Assembly (NCBI RefSeq): GCF_009914755.1
Contig: NC_060936.1
Reading direction: 5' to 3' (one strand)
Length of the DNA stretch: 64,000 bases
DNA from: the human T2T-CHM13v2.0 reference genome, Homo sapiens
Within the stretch, counting starts at the first letter, position 1. The number at the start of each line of letters is the position of its first letter. Position numbers and translations under genes: made by a program. The notes under the pieces are model-generated. The model worked only from the letters and a program-made list of their open reading frames with translations, had not been told where the DNA came from and made no database searches. This document shows positions 17,763 through 32,952 of the stretch, piece after piece.

Positions 17763-18277
17763 TAAATCTGCTGCCCTTTTAGAATCTTTTTAAGAAAATA
17801 TGTTTTTAACACGGCCCTCTTACCCGGGTCTGCTTTGCTGGCAGTAGTTTTTCCAATATTCTTTATCTTCTGAGCTCAGAGTCTCAGTCCCCTGTTGCCC
17901 CCACTTTCTCTTCTGCATCCTTGGGAGCCTGTGAGTCACACAGTGAGAAGGTTTACTGGGTCTTCTGGAGACCATCTTGGGCTTGTTAGCATATTACAGC
18001 CACAGGGTCTCCTGGGCCTGCAACTTTTATTCCTCTATGGGTTTCACCTCTGGAAGAATCTTTCTCAGGCCTCACTCTTTGTTTCTAACAGGGAGACCTA
18101 ATACACCTCTTCTGTAGTTACTTTAAACACAATTTTTGTTTTGTTAGAGACAGGTCTTGCCGTGTTGACCAGGCTGGACTTGAACTGCTACGCTCAAGCG
18201 ATCCTCCTGCCTCACCCTCCCCAGTAGCTTGGACTACAGGTGCATGCCACCATGCTTGACTTACAGTTACTTTTTAA

Positions 18278-18496
<219 letters not shown>

Positions 18497-18955
18497 TGAC
18501 CCCATTCTTGACAGGGAATGGTGGGAACCTTCCCCAAATTCAAGTTCCCCAGTGCTGGCCAAGGGCAAGTCTTTTAATGGAAAGCAATTATGTCTGCTAA
18601 TTGCTGTATTAGCTCCTGCTGCCCAGTTCCCGCATTTCCTGTTCAGTTGAAAAGCTTCCAGTGTTTAAACTCCAGAACTGCATTGTCCACTATGGCAGCC
18701 ACCAGCCACGTGTGGTTAGTGAGCACTTGAACTGCATCCAGTCTAAATCGAGCTGTGCTCTAAGTGGAAAATACACACTCCATTCCAAAGATGTAGTACT
18801 GTATGGAGAAAAGAATGTAAACCATCTCAATAATTTCTTATATTGATTACATGTTGAAATGATAATATTTGCATATGTGGGGTGAAATAAAATATATTAT
18901 TAAAATTATTTTTTATCTTTTTTCTAAGTGGTTACTAGAAAATTTAAAATTATAG

Positions 18956-19262
18956 GCCAGGTGAGGTGGCTCATGCCTGTAATCCCAGCTCTTTAGGAGG
19001 CTGAGGTGGGAGAATCACTGAACTCAGGAGTTGCAGACCAGCCTGGGCAACATAGGAAGATCCTTTCTTTACTAAATATAAAAAACAAAAAAAATTAGCC
19101 AGGTGTGGTGGTGCCTGTAGTCCCAGCTACTTGGGAGGCTGAAGTGGGAGGATCCTTTGAGCTCAGGAGTTCAAGGCTGCAGTGGGTTATGATCTCACCA
19201 CTGTACTCCAGCCTGGGTGATGGAGTGAGACCCTGTCTCAAAAGTAAATAAATAAAATAAAG
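18956..19262 (+). mobile_element. Alu inside a MER33/MER3-like hAT relic (~18680-19310)
   Basis: Alu dimer; gccaccagccacgtgtggttagtgagcacttga ... ttggacagcactg. Confidence 0.8.
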
Positions 19263-19283
19263 TTACATACACAGCTTGTGTTA

Positions 19284-19709
<426 letters not shown>

Positions 19710-19904
19710 TCATTTACATGTTGTCCACAGCTACGTCCGTGCTAACAGCAGAATTGAGTAGTTGCAGCCAAGATGATATGTCCCACAAAGCCTAAAATAT
19801 TTACTACCTATCTCTTACAGAAGTTTATCAACCCCTGCTCTAGAGTTTAGAGTGGATTTTGTGTAACTAGTAACACTCTGAAATATGAGCAAATTTGCTC
19901 TTAA

Positions 19905-20218
<314 letters not shown>

Positions 20219-20339
20219 TGCTTACAGATAGATATTTTAGAGGTCATTTCTGGTACCTGTTCCCCGTGAGTGCCCTCAGCTTTTGAGCACACTCTGCAGT
20301 GGCCCCTGAGAGAATGTCCGTGTGTTTCTGCCTTGTCAG

Positions 20340-20458
20340 GTTTACGTGCGGAGGGGCTACATCGCCTATGAGTTAAACAGCCTGCAGCACCGGCAGCTCC
20401 CGGACGGCACCTGCGTGGTAGAATTCCAGTTCATGCTGCCGTCCTCCCACCCAAACCG
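20340..20458 (+). CDS. ACACB: ACACB coding exon VYVRRGY...SSHPN(R)
   Basis: cag|GTT ... CG|gtatgg; 119 nt. Confidence 0.96.
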
Positions 20459-20682
20459 GTATGGAGTGGGACACACCCAGGGACGGCCTGTGTTTCTGTT
20501 CTTCCTGACCTCTGTCGTCCTGTCTCTGGAAGGACCTGGCAAGTGTGTTTGGGCACGCTGCTGGGGAGACATCAGCGATAAGCACTTCCCCTGTGGGAGC
20601 TCCCTGCAGCGCCATTTTCTCCCCTCTAACATGGTGATAATGCAGAGCCCACCTCCTACACCTGCACTGTTCAGTACAGTAG

Positions 20683-21656
<974 letters not shown>

Positions 21657-21924
21657 TCAGTCATACTGGGTGGCTCATGGCTGCCATATTATTTGACAGT
21701 GGAGTTCTAGAACATTCTGTCATGGTAGAAAGTTCTAGTAGACAATGCCACCCAAGCCATTGGGAAGAGTCATGAGATAAGGCACATGTAGCATTTTAGA
21801 CAGTGCCTGGCACAAAGGAAGTTGTTGACTGTAAGTGATCCCGGAGATGATCATGACTAACGCTGTTATTACCATCTAGTGGCATGCCATTGGCCTGGGC
21901 ACTCTGCTCAGTGCTCCCACACTC

Positions 21925-22211
21925 TTTTATTTATTTATTTTTTTTGAGATGGAGTCTCGCTCTGTTGCCCAGGCTGGAGTGCCAGTGGCACAATCTCAGC
22001 TCCCAGATTCAAGCGATTCTCCTGCCTCAGCCTCCCGAGTAGCTGGGACTACAGGCGCACACCACCATGCTCGGCTAATTTTTATATTTTTAGTAGAGAT
22101 GGGGTTTCATCATGTCAGCCAGGCTGATCTTGAATGCCTGACCTCAGATGATCCACCCGCCTTGGCCTCCCAAAGTGCTGGGATTACAGGCGTGAGCCAC
22201 CGTGCCCAGCC
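21925..22211 (-). mobile_element. Alu
   Basis: cccacactctt TSD. Confidence 0.9.
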
Positions 22212-22462
22212 CACACTCTTATTTTATTCAGCTCTTATCCTCTATCGGCCAAAAATGTGTTCTCATCCTCGTTTTACAGATGGGAGCCCTGGGCCCTCAC
22301 CTGACCTAGGCTGAGCTGCTTGTGCACGTGGAGTGGGAATTTGAGCCCAGGCCACACTCTCACCTCCAAGTCCTTTCCACAGCATTCAGGGGCCCTCTGA
22401 GCCAGGTGTGAGGGCACCTGTCCTGTCTGTGTCCACTGTAGTCTGCTGTCCAAGAGCTGTAG

Positions 22463-22797
<335 letters not shown>

Positions 22798-23384
22798 CAC
22801 CTAAAAATATCTGATGTGTCTGAGTTCCTCACTCACAGTCTTTTTTTCAGTCCATCTTGTTTCAGGACCCAAAGTATTAATACCATTTAGGTCAGGTAGA
22901 GTGGGATACCTTCTCTTAAAGTAATTATGTCTCCTTGGGATTCGAAGTGTTCTCTCTCACGCTCCCTCACCCCTCTGGTTTTAGTTCTTATGGGGGTGCC
23001 CAAGGCCTTACCTACGGCGGCATTGATGTCATTGTGATTTGGGAGTTCGGTTGATCAGATCTGTACAGGCAATAGGGTTCATGCTTTGGTGAAGCGGGGA
23101 TTTTTCTGGCCTCTTAGGATTTTTAAAATAACTTTCTTTTCCTGTTGGTTTTAAGAAGAAAGATGCTGCTATGTTTTGGATGAAGAAAAGGGGGCTTCCC
23201 CACGAGGCACTGCCTTTCCTAGTTATTTGTTTTTACCCTTCTTATTTCCAAAAATAGGATTGTGACATTTTACCCCATTGAGAGAAAGGGGACTGACTGC
23301 TTGCAGCCTGGGGTCATTCTGGGGATTTGGAGAGCAGTGGTGGTGTAAGATATTTTGTAGCTGTCTACTCCTGAGAAGGACTCT

Positions 23385-23698
<314 letters not shown>

Positions 23699-24529
23699 TT
23701 CTCTTTTGATCTTATTGTCCCAGCAAGTCAGCCCTGTTAGGAAGGGAAGGGCGGCTCTCCTGAGGGCTGTGGGTCATGCCTTGTGAGCTACACGTATATC
23801 CAGGTTATTGGTTGTGATTTTCAGTATGGGCACAGGGTCCTTTTTTGACCCAGAGAGACATTGAGGACCCTGGGGGATTCCTGGCCATCTAAGATTCTCA
23901 TGATTGCTCTCAGTGCCAGAAATGTACTCTGGGCCTGTGAAGAGACCTTGCCTGCGGCTGCCCCCACCAACCAGCCCTTTAATGCCTCTGTAAAGGGCCA
24001 TGAGGAATAAAGTCTATCCCCAAGATGGCCTGGCTTGGCCCTCAACACTTGTGTGTGTAGAGCCAGGCACATGGTGCTTTAGGTCACCGAGACCCAAGGG
24101 AAGGTCAGATGAGAAGTTGGCAGGGCTTTGTGCCAGCTGCAGCCTGGACCTGGACCTCTGTGCTGGGTGGGAACTGGCTACATCCCCCTGCGATGGGGCT
24201 GCTGTCCTAGCTCTGCCCACTGTTGCCCTGCAGGAAACTGACCATCACAACCAGACTTCTCCATGATTTTTTCCAGCAGAAGCAGGAAATCTATTTTTTT
24301 TTAACCTGAAGTCCTTCCATTTTTCAATGGGGACAGGTAATTCATGTTAAATGAATACATGAACACATGTTAATTCATGTATGTTATTAAAATGCTGCAT
24401 GGACCAAAGTCATTCTGTGAGTGGCATTCAGCCACACTGCCACTGCAAGTTTGTGACCCCTGGATTGAGCTGTCGGGGAGCAGAGGGGCCATGATCGTGA
24501 TTTCAGAGCACCCAACAGGAATGCACACA

Positions 24530-25060
24530 CCTGTGTCAGGGTCCCCAAAAGCACCCCCAGGTTCGATCATCGCCTAGGAGAACTCACAGGTCTCGGGACA
24601 TAGTCATGCTTATAGCTCTGACTTATTAGGGGGCAAGGATACAAAGCAGTTAGCCAAGGCAGAAGGCATCAGGGTGAAGTCCAGAGGAAAGCAGGTGTGC
24701 TGCCAGGGTCCTCTCCCAGTGGATTCACGCAGGGTGCACTTCATTCCCCCAGCAAGGAGTTGTGACAACACAAGTGAAGGGTTGTCTTCCAGCCCCGCAC
24801 CAGGGATTGGTGGCTGGTCACATCACCCTCTGCTCTGCATCGAAATCTCAGGCTTGCAGAAGAAAGCAGGTGTTCAGCATAAACCACACTGTTTGTGCAA
24901 ACAGTTGAGGCACAGTGAGCCCCCCTTGTCACCTTCAGGGAACGATAGGAACCTTCCCCAAGTCCAAGTTCCCAGAGGCCAGCCAAGGGCTGTCCTTGCA
25001 AGCAAGCAGGTCTCCTTTCTCAGAAGAGCAGTGTGGGGCCTGCTGTGCTGACTTCCTGCA
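24530..25060. mobile_element. MER21-like LTR fragment
   Basis: gtccccaaaagcacccccaggttcgatcatcgcctaggag...ccaagttcccagaggccagccaaggg; family call from memory. Confidence 0.65.
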
Positions 25061-25637
25061 CACCATTTCATTACCCCTCCCGTATCTGATTCCAAGGCCC
25101 AATTCTAACAACCTCAGGTGGCCCATTGAGATTTGCTGCTGGTGAGCAGCCAGTTCTGGGAGCATCGTTGTCTAAACTCCAGAAGGCTGCTGACTTTGTC
25201 CCAAGGGCAAGTTTGATGGAGGGATTACAGGGAGCAGAGGACTGGAGTGTCCGTCAGGACCAAGCCTGACTGCCTCACCAGCTGCCTGGGGCTGGTGGAT
25301 TTCTCCAGGAGAAATTGATGCTGGGAGTGTTTCTTCTCTGTGGTCAAGTTCAGCACTTGGGGCTCCCCTCGGGACTGTGTTGAGACTGGACTCTCATGCA
25401 TGAATCATTGATTCCTACACTTGTTGAGCTCTTACTCTTCACCAGGTCCTGAGGGATCAGATGAGACCCTCCTCAGGCCCCGGCCCCAGCCATTGTCTCA
25501 TCCCCTGCCCATTTTAAGCCCCCATTTGGAAGAGCTCTAAATCTGGTCCAGCTCACTGAAGCTTCAGGAGTAGGAGCAGCTCGTAGAGTTGGGTCTGCAA
25601 GCAGCTGCCTCATCCCCGACTTGCCATCACCCTACAG

Positions 25638-25775
25638 GATGACCGTGCCCATCAGCATCACCAACCCTGACCTGCTGAGGCACAGCACAGAGCTCTTCAT
25701 GGACAGCGGCTTCTCCCCACTGTGCCAGCGCATGGGAGCCATGGTAGCCTTCAGGAGATTCGAGGACTTCACCAG
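25638..25775 (+). CDS. ACACB: ACACB coding exon MTVPISI...FEDFT(R)
   Basis: cag|G ATG ... AG|gtaccc; 138 nt, phase 2/2. Confidence 0.95.
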
Positions 25776-25885
25776 GTACCCAGCATGGCCCGGTCTCCAA
25801 CACCCTGAGCATGGGGGCTGCGCAGACTTCCCTTGAATCCCCCCCCAATTCACTGGACAGATGGGGTGGGAGAGACCCAGACACG

Positions 25886-26038
25886 TGGCACAGCATGTCA
25901 ATAACAACAGAATAATAATAGCATTGTAGCCAAGAGTATGAGCCTACATGTCAGCTTGCCTGGCACAGCACATCAATAACAACAGAATAATAAGAGCATC
26001 GTAGCCAAGAGTGTGAGCCTGCGTGTCAGCTTGCCTGG
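25886..26038. repeat. 75-bp tandem duplication (2 copies)
   Basis: Units begin at 25886 and 25961; 7 mismatches in 75 bp. Confidence 0.92.
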
Positions 26039-26716
26039 TTTGAATTCTGGCTATGTGCTTTCTAACTAAGAGACTGAGCAAAATATTTTTACCTCTCCAT
26101 ACCTTCGTTTTCTTATCTGTAAAATGGGAATAATAAAGGACTCACTTCATAGGTGCGCCATGAGAATTAAATGAGATAACATATGTGAAATAACATATTT
26201 AAAGTATAATTAGTATGCAGATAATATAGTGACTAAATGTTAGCTCTCAATAGTTACTGTTATAGTCTTTTTTCAGCCTTTCACTGTGTGTTCTGCTTTG
26301 TGCTTGGAGTATCTTGTGGAATTTTCACAACAGCCTCATGAGGCATAGGGATTACTCTTATTACCTTTCTTTGACTCGGGGTGAGGTGAGGTTTCTAGGA
26401 TCTCCCAGCCAGTAAAAATGGGAGCCAAGAGTTGATCTCAAGCCCAGCTGATGCCTGAAAGCGCTGGAATCCTTCCCTGTATTCCTGATCACAGATCACT
26501 TAGGTTCATTCTTCCCTTTTGGGAAGGACCCCATCACGGGTGCTCTGGACAAAGTAGACAGGGAACCTCCTGAGCTCTGTAGAGTTGGATAAGATCAAAG
26601 GGTGTTGGCTGGGAAATTGGGAGGGTCTGGCGTTCCCTGCTGCCTGGCTTGGAAGCTTGACCTCATCCCCATGGGTCAGCAGCCCCTCAGCCCTCCCTCT
26701 CTACCCGCACCCCCAG

Positions 26717-26816
26717 AAATTTTGATGAAGTCATCTCTTGCTTCGCCAACGTGCCCAAAGACACCCCCCTCTTCAGCGAGGCCCGCACCTCCCTATACTC
26801 CGAGGATGACTGCAAG
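26717..26816 (+). CDS. ACACB: ACACB coding exon NFDEVIS...EDDCK
   Basis: cag|A AAT ... AAG|gtaagc; 100 nt. Confidence 0.95.
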
Positions 26817-26906
26817 GTAAGCGTCTAAGCCCAGGGAGCAACCTGGGGAGCAGGTGGGCCGTGGCCCCCAGGCTTTCCAGCCCTACCCCTTGCTTCTCCC
26901 TCTCAG

Positions 26907-27014
26907 AGCCTCAGAGAAGAGCCCATCCACATTCTGAATGTGTCCATCCAGTGTGCAGACCACCTGGAGGATGAGGCACTGGTGCCGATTTTACGGACAT
27001 TCGTACAGTCCAAG
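26907..27014 (+). CDS. ACACB: ACACB coding exon SLREEPI...FVQSK
   Basis: cag|AGC ... AAG|gtactc; 108 nt. Confidence 0.95.
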
Positions 27015-27499
27015 GTACTCTGGGCGTGCCTCTGGTTTTGGTGGGGGTTCTTGGAGAAGGAGGAGGGGCTGGGCTCGTCGAGGCGGCCCTTGGGGAGGCA
27101 GGCGTGCTGAGTACTTCAGAGCCACAGACCTGGCTTCCCACTCTAGCTCTGCTCGCCTCATAGCTGGCGACCTTGGGCAGATGTGGCTGAACGTGGGGTC
27201 AGCATTTCTCTCGCTCACGGTGTTGCAATGATTCAATGACAAAGTATATACACGGCTTAGCCAGTCCCAGGTACGGAGGGCACACCCAATAAATAGTTTG
27301 GAGATTTTCTGGGAGTGTTTTTGTTGGAATAATCCAGAAACTGGCAGTTTTAAAATGGCTACTTACATTGATGACCAAGTGTGCCAATAACAGCAGGTTG
27401 CTCTGTAAGCCTGTGATGCCATTGTATTTCAGCCTGGGGGACAGAGCGAGACCCTGTCTCAAAAAAAATTATATATATTTACAGTATACAATGTGATAT

Positions 27500-28262
27500 T
27501 TTTTAATTATCTTTTTAATAACAGCTTTATTGAGACATCATTGACATACTACACAATTCACCCATTTAAAGTGTGCAGTTTTGCAGCCATAAAAAAGAAT
27601 GAGATCATGTCCTTTGCGGGGACATGGATGAAGCTGGAAGCCATCATCCTCAGCAAACTAACACAAGAACAGAAAACCAAACACCGCATGTGCTCACTCA
27701 TAAGTGGGAGCTGAACATTGAGAACACATGGGCAGAGGGAGGGTAACAACGCACACCGGGGCCTGTCGGGGGGTGGGGGCCGAGGGGAGGGAACTTAGAG
27801 GACAGGTCGGTAGGTGCAGCAAACCACCATGGCACATATATACCTGTGTAACAAGCCTGCACGTTCTGCACATGTATCCTGTTTTTTTTTTTAGAAGAAA
27901 TAAGAAAAAAAGTGTACAATTTAATATATTTTTAGTATATTCACCAGGTTGTACAACCATCACCAGAATCAATTTTAGGACATTCTCATCACTCCATAGA
28001 AAAACCCTGTACCTGTTAGCAGTCACTCCCCTCTGTCCCCAACCCAAAAACCCTCTCCCCACCACAGCCCTAGGCAACCACTAATCTACTTTCTCTCTAT
28101 ATAGATTTGCCTATGCTGGACGTTTCATATAAATGGAATCAGATCACAGGAGGTCTCTTATGATTGACATCTTCCACTTAGCATAATGTTTACAGGTTCA
28201 TCCGTGTGGTAACATGCAGCAATACTTCAGTTCCTTTTACGGCCAAATAATATTCCATTGTG
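27500..28262 (-). mobile_element. Old L1M 3' fragment hosting an L1PA insert
   Basis: acagctttattgagac...ggcaaccactaatctactttc...taatattccattgtg. Confidence 0.8.
27582..27910 (+). mobile_element. 5'-truncated L1PA 3' end
   Basis: gcagccataaaaaagaatgagatcatgtcc...; TSD aaagtgtgcagttt/aaagtgtacaattt. Confidence 0.9.
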
Positions 28263-28281
28263 TCTTTGGTTTTTAATGCAG

Positions 28282-28338
28282 AAAAATATCCTTGTGGATT
28301 ATGGACTCCGACGAATCACATTCTTGATTGCCCAAGAG
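28282..28338 (+). CDS. ACACB: ACACB coding exon KNILVDY...LIAQE
   Basis: cag|AAA ... GAG|gttagt; 57 nt. Confidence 0.95.
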
Positions 28339-28574
28339 GTTAGTTCACAGTTCATCTCTATGAGTCTTTCCCATTCTCCAAGCCTTGGTGTGTGCCATTT
28401 ATTTGATATTTATTTTGTAGATTTGGGTGAAAGAGATCATTAGAAAGGAGAAGGATTTCCAAATGATTCATTCTAGAAGTGAATGTAATCGTTTACAATC
28501 ACTAAATAAGGATGTACATATTTCAGTGCGTCTTGCTTGATTTAATTGTCTTGTGTGTGGATTTCTTTTTGCAG

Positions 28575-28616
28575 AAAGAATTTCCCAAGTTTTTCACATT
28601 CAGAGCAAGAGATGAG
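28575..28616 (+). CDS. ACACB: ACACB coding mini-exon KEFPKFFTFRARDE
   Basis: cag|AAA ... GAG|gtatgg; 42 nt. Confidence 0.95.
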
Positions 28617-28684
28617 GTATGGCCAAAAGTAATGATGTTTTCTCTTCTCTAGCATCTTGTTTTATTTTTTAAGAGATGGGATGG

Positions 28685-29095
28685 GGCCGGGTGTGGTGGC
28701 TCAAGCCCGTAATCCTAGCACTTTGGGAGGCTGAGGCAGGAGGTTTGCTTGAGCTCAGGAGTTCTAGACCAGCCTGGGTTATATAGTGAGACCCTGTCTC
28801 TACAAAAAAATTAAAAAATCAGCCTGGCATTGTGATGCAAGCCTGTGGTCCCAGCTACTTGGGAGGCTGAGGTGGGAGGATTGCTTGAACCTGGGAAATA
28901 GAGGTTTCAGTGAGCCAAGGTGATTCCACTGCACTCTAGCCTGGGTGACAGAGTGAGACTCTGTCTCAAAAAAAAGGAAAAAAAAGAGATGGGGTCTCAC
29001 TATGTTGCCCAGGCTGGACTCGAACTTATGGCTCAAGCGATTCTCTTGCTTCAGCCTCCCGAATAGCTGGGACTATAGGCACATGCCACCGTGCC
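28685..29095. mobile_element. Sense Alu (28685-28985) nested in an antisense Alu monomer
   Basis: aagagatggg duplicated around the inner Alu. Confidence 0.85.
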
Positions 29096-29377
29096 TCCCA
29101 GCTCCCTGGCATCTTTGATATTCATGAAGAATATAGTCTGCAGTCCTTAAGGCATCCCCATATTCAAGAATGTAGCAACTTTTGTGTAGACTGCAGTCTT
29201 CCTCTGGGATTGTATTTCCATTGAGAGCCCTCTGTTCCCTGCATGGCACTCAGACCTGAGAATCTTGCCCTTTCAGCCTCACTACAGGTTTCTGTCTTGC
29301 TTGAATAATTTTCAGTACTTGCTGATGTACTCAGTAAGACATTTTTTCCAAACTGTTTTTCTTATGCTCGTCTAGAA

Positions 29378-29590
29378 CAGTGGTTGGCAAACTCACTTGC
29401 AGACCAGCTGCCTGTTTTTACGAATAAAGTTTTATTGGAACACAGCCACACCCGTTGGATTCCACATTGTCTACTCTGGCTTTCACTCTAACAGTAGCAG
29501 AATTGAGTAGTTGTGACAGAGCCCGTATGATCCATCAGCCTAAAACATTTACTCTCTGGCCATTTAAGAAAACGTTTACCGATCCCTGTT
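29378..29590. mobile_element. MER58A-like hAT element
   Basis: cagtggttggcaaact...aataaagttttattggaacacagccac...ccgatccctg. Confidence 0.75.
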
Positions 29591-30133
29591 GTAGAACAGG
29601 TAGGTTTATTCCCAGCACTGATTCAAGACCCCACCAAATTCAGCATTTTGCATTTTAATTTATCCAAAGCTTTATTTTTCTAGCTAAGACACATCCTTTT
29701 CTTAATGTCTTCATTTTTTTTTTCAGTTTAGTTTCCAGTACTGTCAGTTGCTTTCTTTTCGGGGACCAATTTCCACCAAGAAACCAGGGGTTAGTGGCTT
29801 CATGAGAATTGCCACAGGCTGTGACAGATGGAGAACAGCCTGGTCACGCTGGCAGGTGATAGGGACTAGCTAGGTTCCCCCAGGAGCCAGCGCTGCACCC
29901 AGCACAACAGGCTTGCAATGCCCATAGCTCTCCTCAGATCTTAGCAAAACCCCAAATATCTGGAGCCCTGGGGGTAGCTTACAATTAGGGAACATCATGA
30001 ATGCTGCATTCCTGAGTGCCAAACCCATGGACACCAGGGGTCTGCAGAGTAGGGTGTGGACCAAGCAGGGACGCAGCTCCAACGTCACGCTGTGTGTGTA
30101 TGTGTCTGTCTTCTCTCTCTGGTCCGCCTACAG

Positions 30134-30349
30134 TTTGCAGAAGATCGCATTTACCGTCACTTGGAACCTGCCCTGGCCTTCCAGCTGGAACTCAACCGGA
30201 TGCGTAACTTCGATCTGACCGCCGTGCCCTGTGCCAACCACAAGATGCACCTTTACCTGGGTGCTGCCAAGGTGAAGGAAGGTGTGGAAGTGACGGACCA
30301 TAGGTTCTTCATCCGCGCCATCATCAGGCACTCTGACCTGATCACAAAG
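30134..30349 (+). CDS. ACACB: ACACB coding exon FAEDRIY...DLITK
   Basis: cag|TTT ... AAG|gtaaga; 216 nt. Confidence 0.96.
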
Positions 30350-30698
30350 GTAAGATGTCGCAGAGCATTTCTTCCTCTCTCAGAACCTGGCCCTCCCTTC
30401 CTTACATTCCTGCTCTGTGCTGGGTCCTGGGCTGCATGCTGGGGATGGAGAGTACACCAACACCCAGGGTCCTGCCCTTGCTATGCTCCAGTCCAGGGCA
30501 GGAGGCGGACAGCAAAGTGGCCTGTGATCACGTCCAGGCTGGTGGCACTTGGATCTGTTTCTTGTATTATGTGGGTCTCTGCGCATGAGAAGAAAATTTC
30601 CAGGATAGAAAAATACTGGTTTGTTCAGGGAATTTCTTAATATTTGCTGACTGAGTGATCGTTTTCCATTGTTTCTTGCATTTAGAAAAGTAATCCAT

Positions 30699-31010
30699 GG
30701 CCGGGTGCAGTGACCCATGCCTGTAATCCCAGTACTTTGGGAGGCTGAGGTGGGCGGATCACTTGAGGTCAGGGGTTCAAAACCAGCCTGGCCAACATGG
30801 TGAAACCCTGTGTCTACTAAAAATACAAAAATTACCTGGGCGTGGTGGCGTACACCTGTAATTCCAGCTACTCAGGAGGCCGAGGCATGAGAATCGCTTG
30901 AACCTGAGAGGCGGAGGTTGCAGTGAGCTGAGATGGAGCCCTTGTACTTCAGCCTGGGGGATAGAGTGAGACCCTATCACAAAAAAAAAAAAAAAAGAAA
31001 AAAAGAAACA
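30699..31010 (+). mobile_element. Alu
   Basis: aagtaatccatg TSD. Confidence 0.9.
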
Positions 31011-31350
31011 GAAGTAATCCATGATTATATTGTGAAAATTTTAAATAAGACTGAAAACGATTTTTAAGAACCTAGCGCAAGGACCGAGAATCCTGTCACT
31101 GAGGGGCCAGCTTAGTTGTTGACTGTTTCTAGACACAATTCCGTCCCTGAAACCTAGAGTTGTAGGCATAAGTTGCAGATAAGAGCTGAGAGTGGACAGA
31201 TCATTTGAATATATTATTCTTTAATTGGTCAGTCACTTGTGGACCTCTTTCATTGTTAATAAAGAGTGGTCCACCACATATTATTTCCTTGCATGGATGT
31301 ACCGTGTATAATTTTTTTTTTTTTTTTACTAATCCCCTATTGATGGAAAC

Positions 31351-31538
31351 ATATATATATTATTATATATATAATTATATATAATAATATATATAATATA
31401 TTATATAATATAACATATAATATACATAATATAATATATAATGTTATATAACATTATATATACATAATATAATACATATTATATGTATTTATATAAATAT
31501 ATATTTATATAAATGTATATATAATTATTATATATATA
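31351..31538. repeat. (TA)-rich low-complexity tract
   Basis: ~190 bp of almost pure A/T. Confidence 0.9.
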
Positions 31539-31831
31539 TTTTTTTTTGGAGATGGAGTTTTGCTCTTGTTGCCCAGGCTGGAGTGCAATGGCACAATCTC
31601 AGTTCACTGCAACCTCCGCACCCCCGGGTTCAAACAATTCTCCTGCCTCAGCCTTCTGAGTAGCTAGGACTACAGGCACACCCCACCATGCCCAGCTAAT
31701 TTTGTATTTTTAGTAGAGATGGGGTTTCTCCATGTTGGTCAGGCTGGTCTGAAACTGCCGACCTCAGGTGATCTGCCCACTTCGGCCTCCCAAAGTGCTG
31801 GGATTACAGGCGTGAGCCACCACGCCTGGCC
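31539..31831 (-). mobile_element. Alu (Sp-like)
   Basis: ccctattgatgga TSD that also encloses the TA tract. Confidence 0.9.
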
Positions 31832-31853
31832 CTATTGATGGATATTAAGCTAA

Positions 31854-32208
<355 letters not shown>

Positions 32209-32796
32209 TGAGGTATGGTGAGGCCAACAGATAAGGAGACAACTGCCATCAAAAAGACAGTTTATTACTCATAGTTCCCAAGAAGAAGGGGTTTTCCCTG
32301 CCATGGGGCCACATGGGGAGGCTCTGGGGTTGGTCAGGCAGCAGAGGGACAGAGGGGAAGACATGGAAGACGTGGACGAGAGCCTTGATTGTGGTTTCCT
32401 GGAGAAGAAAAAAGTGAGGCTGAGTAAACAGGTTTAGGATTGGCTGTGAATCATCTCAGCAGACCCTGGCATATAGAAGCTGTCTCTGGTTCTCAGGAAT
32501 CTGGCCCTGGGTGATTAGAGCAGGTGGTTTGTGTCCCCAGGTATGATCCAGGGTCAGCAAGGCCCCAGGTGTCAAAGTGTCAGAATGCAGAAAATAGGAC
32601 ACATGTCAATACACTCAACAGCTTTGCAGTCCCTTCGCCTCTGAGAGGCAGGGCTCTGCTGTTCTTGCCTGGCACACTTTTTGGAGGAGGGGAATGTTTT
32701 CCTCCTGTCTCTGCCTCTTTGGGGCTGAGTTTCCAGCCAGCTGGGAGTAGGCCTGCACCCCTGGCCTGAGCAGCTGCCCCTCCCACTCTTTGGCAG

Positions 32797-32952
32797 GAAG
32801 CCTCCTTCGAATACCTGCAGAACGAGGGTGAGCGGCTGCTCCTGGAGGCCATGGACGAGCTGGAGGTGGCGTTCAATAACACCAGCGTGCGCACCGACTG
32901 CAACCACATCTTCCTCAACTTCGTGCCCACTGTCATCATGGACCCCTTCAAG
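32797..32952 (+). CDS. ACACB: ACACB coding exon EASFEYL...MDPFK
   Basis: cag|GAA ... AAG|gtctcg; 156 nt. Confidence 0.94.

Noticed and set aside
18510-18570. Similarity to 24935-24990 suggesting a local duplication
   Set aside because: Most simply two fragments of the same MER21-like LTR family
26817-26906. Short 3n introns (90 nt here; 108 nt at 58262-58369) as in-frame retention candidates
   Set aside because: Both have an in-frame stop within the first five codons
28453-28500. aag|GATTTC... resembling the start of the ACACA-specific DFRKQ... segment
   Set aside because: Only 2-3 codons match; no pyrimidine tract and no in-frame donor
30056-30640. 194-aa ORF, and similar ones at 50878-51516, 15603-16109 and 51744-52208
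   Set aside because: True ACACB exons with intronic read-through on either side
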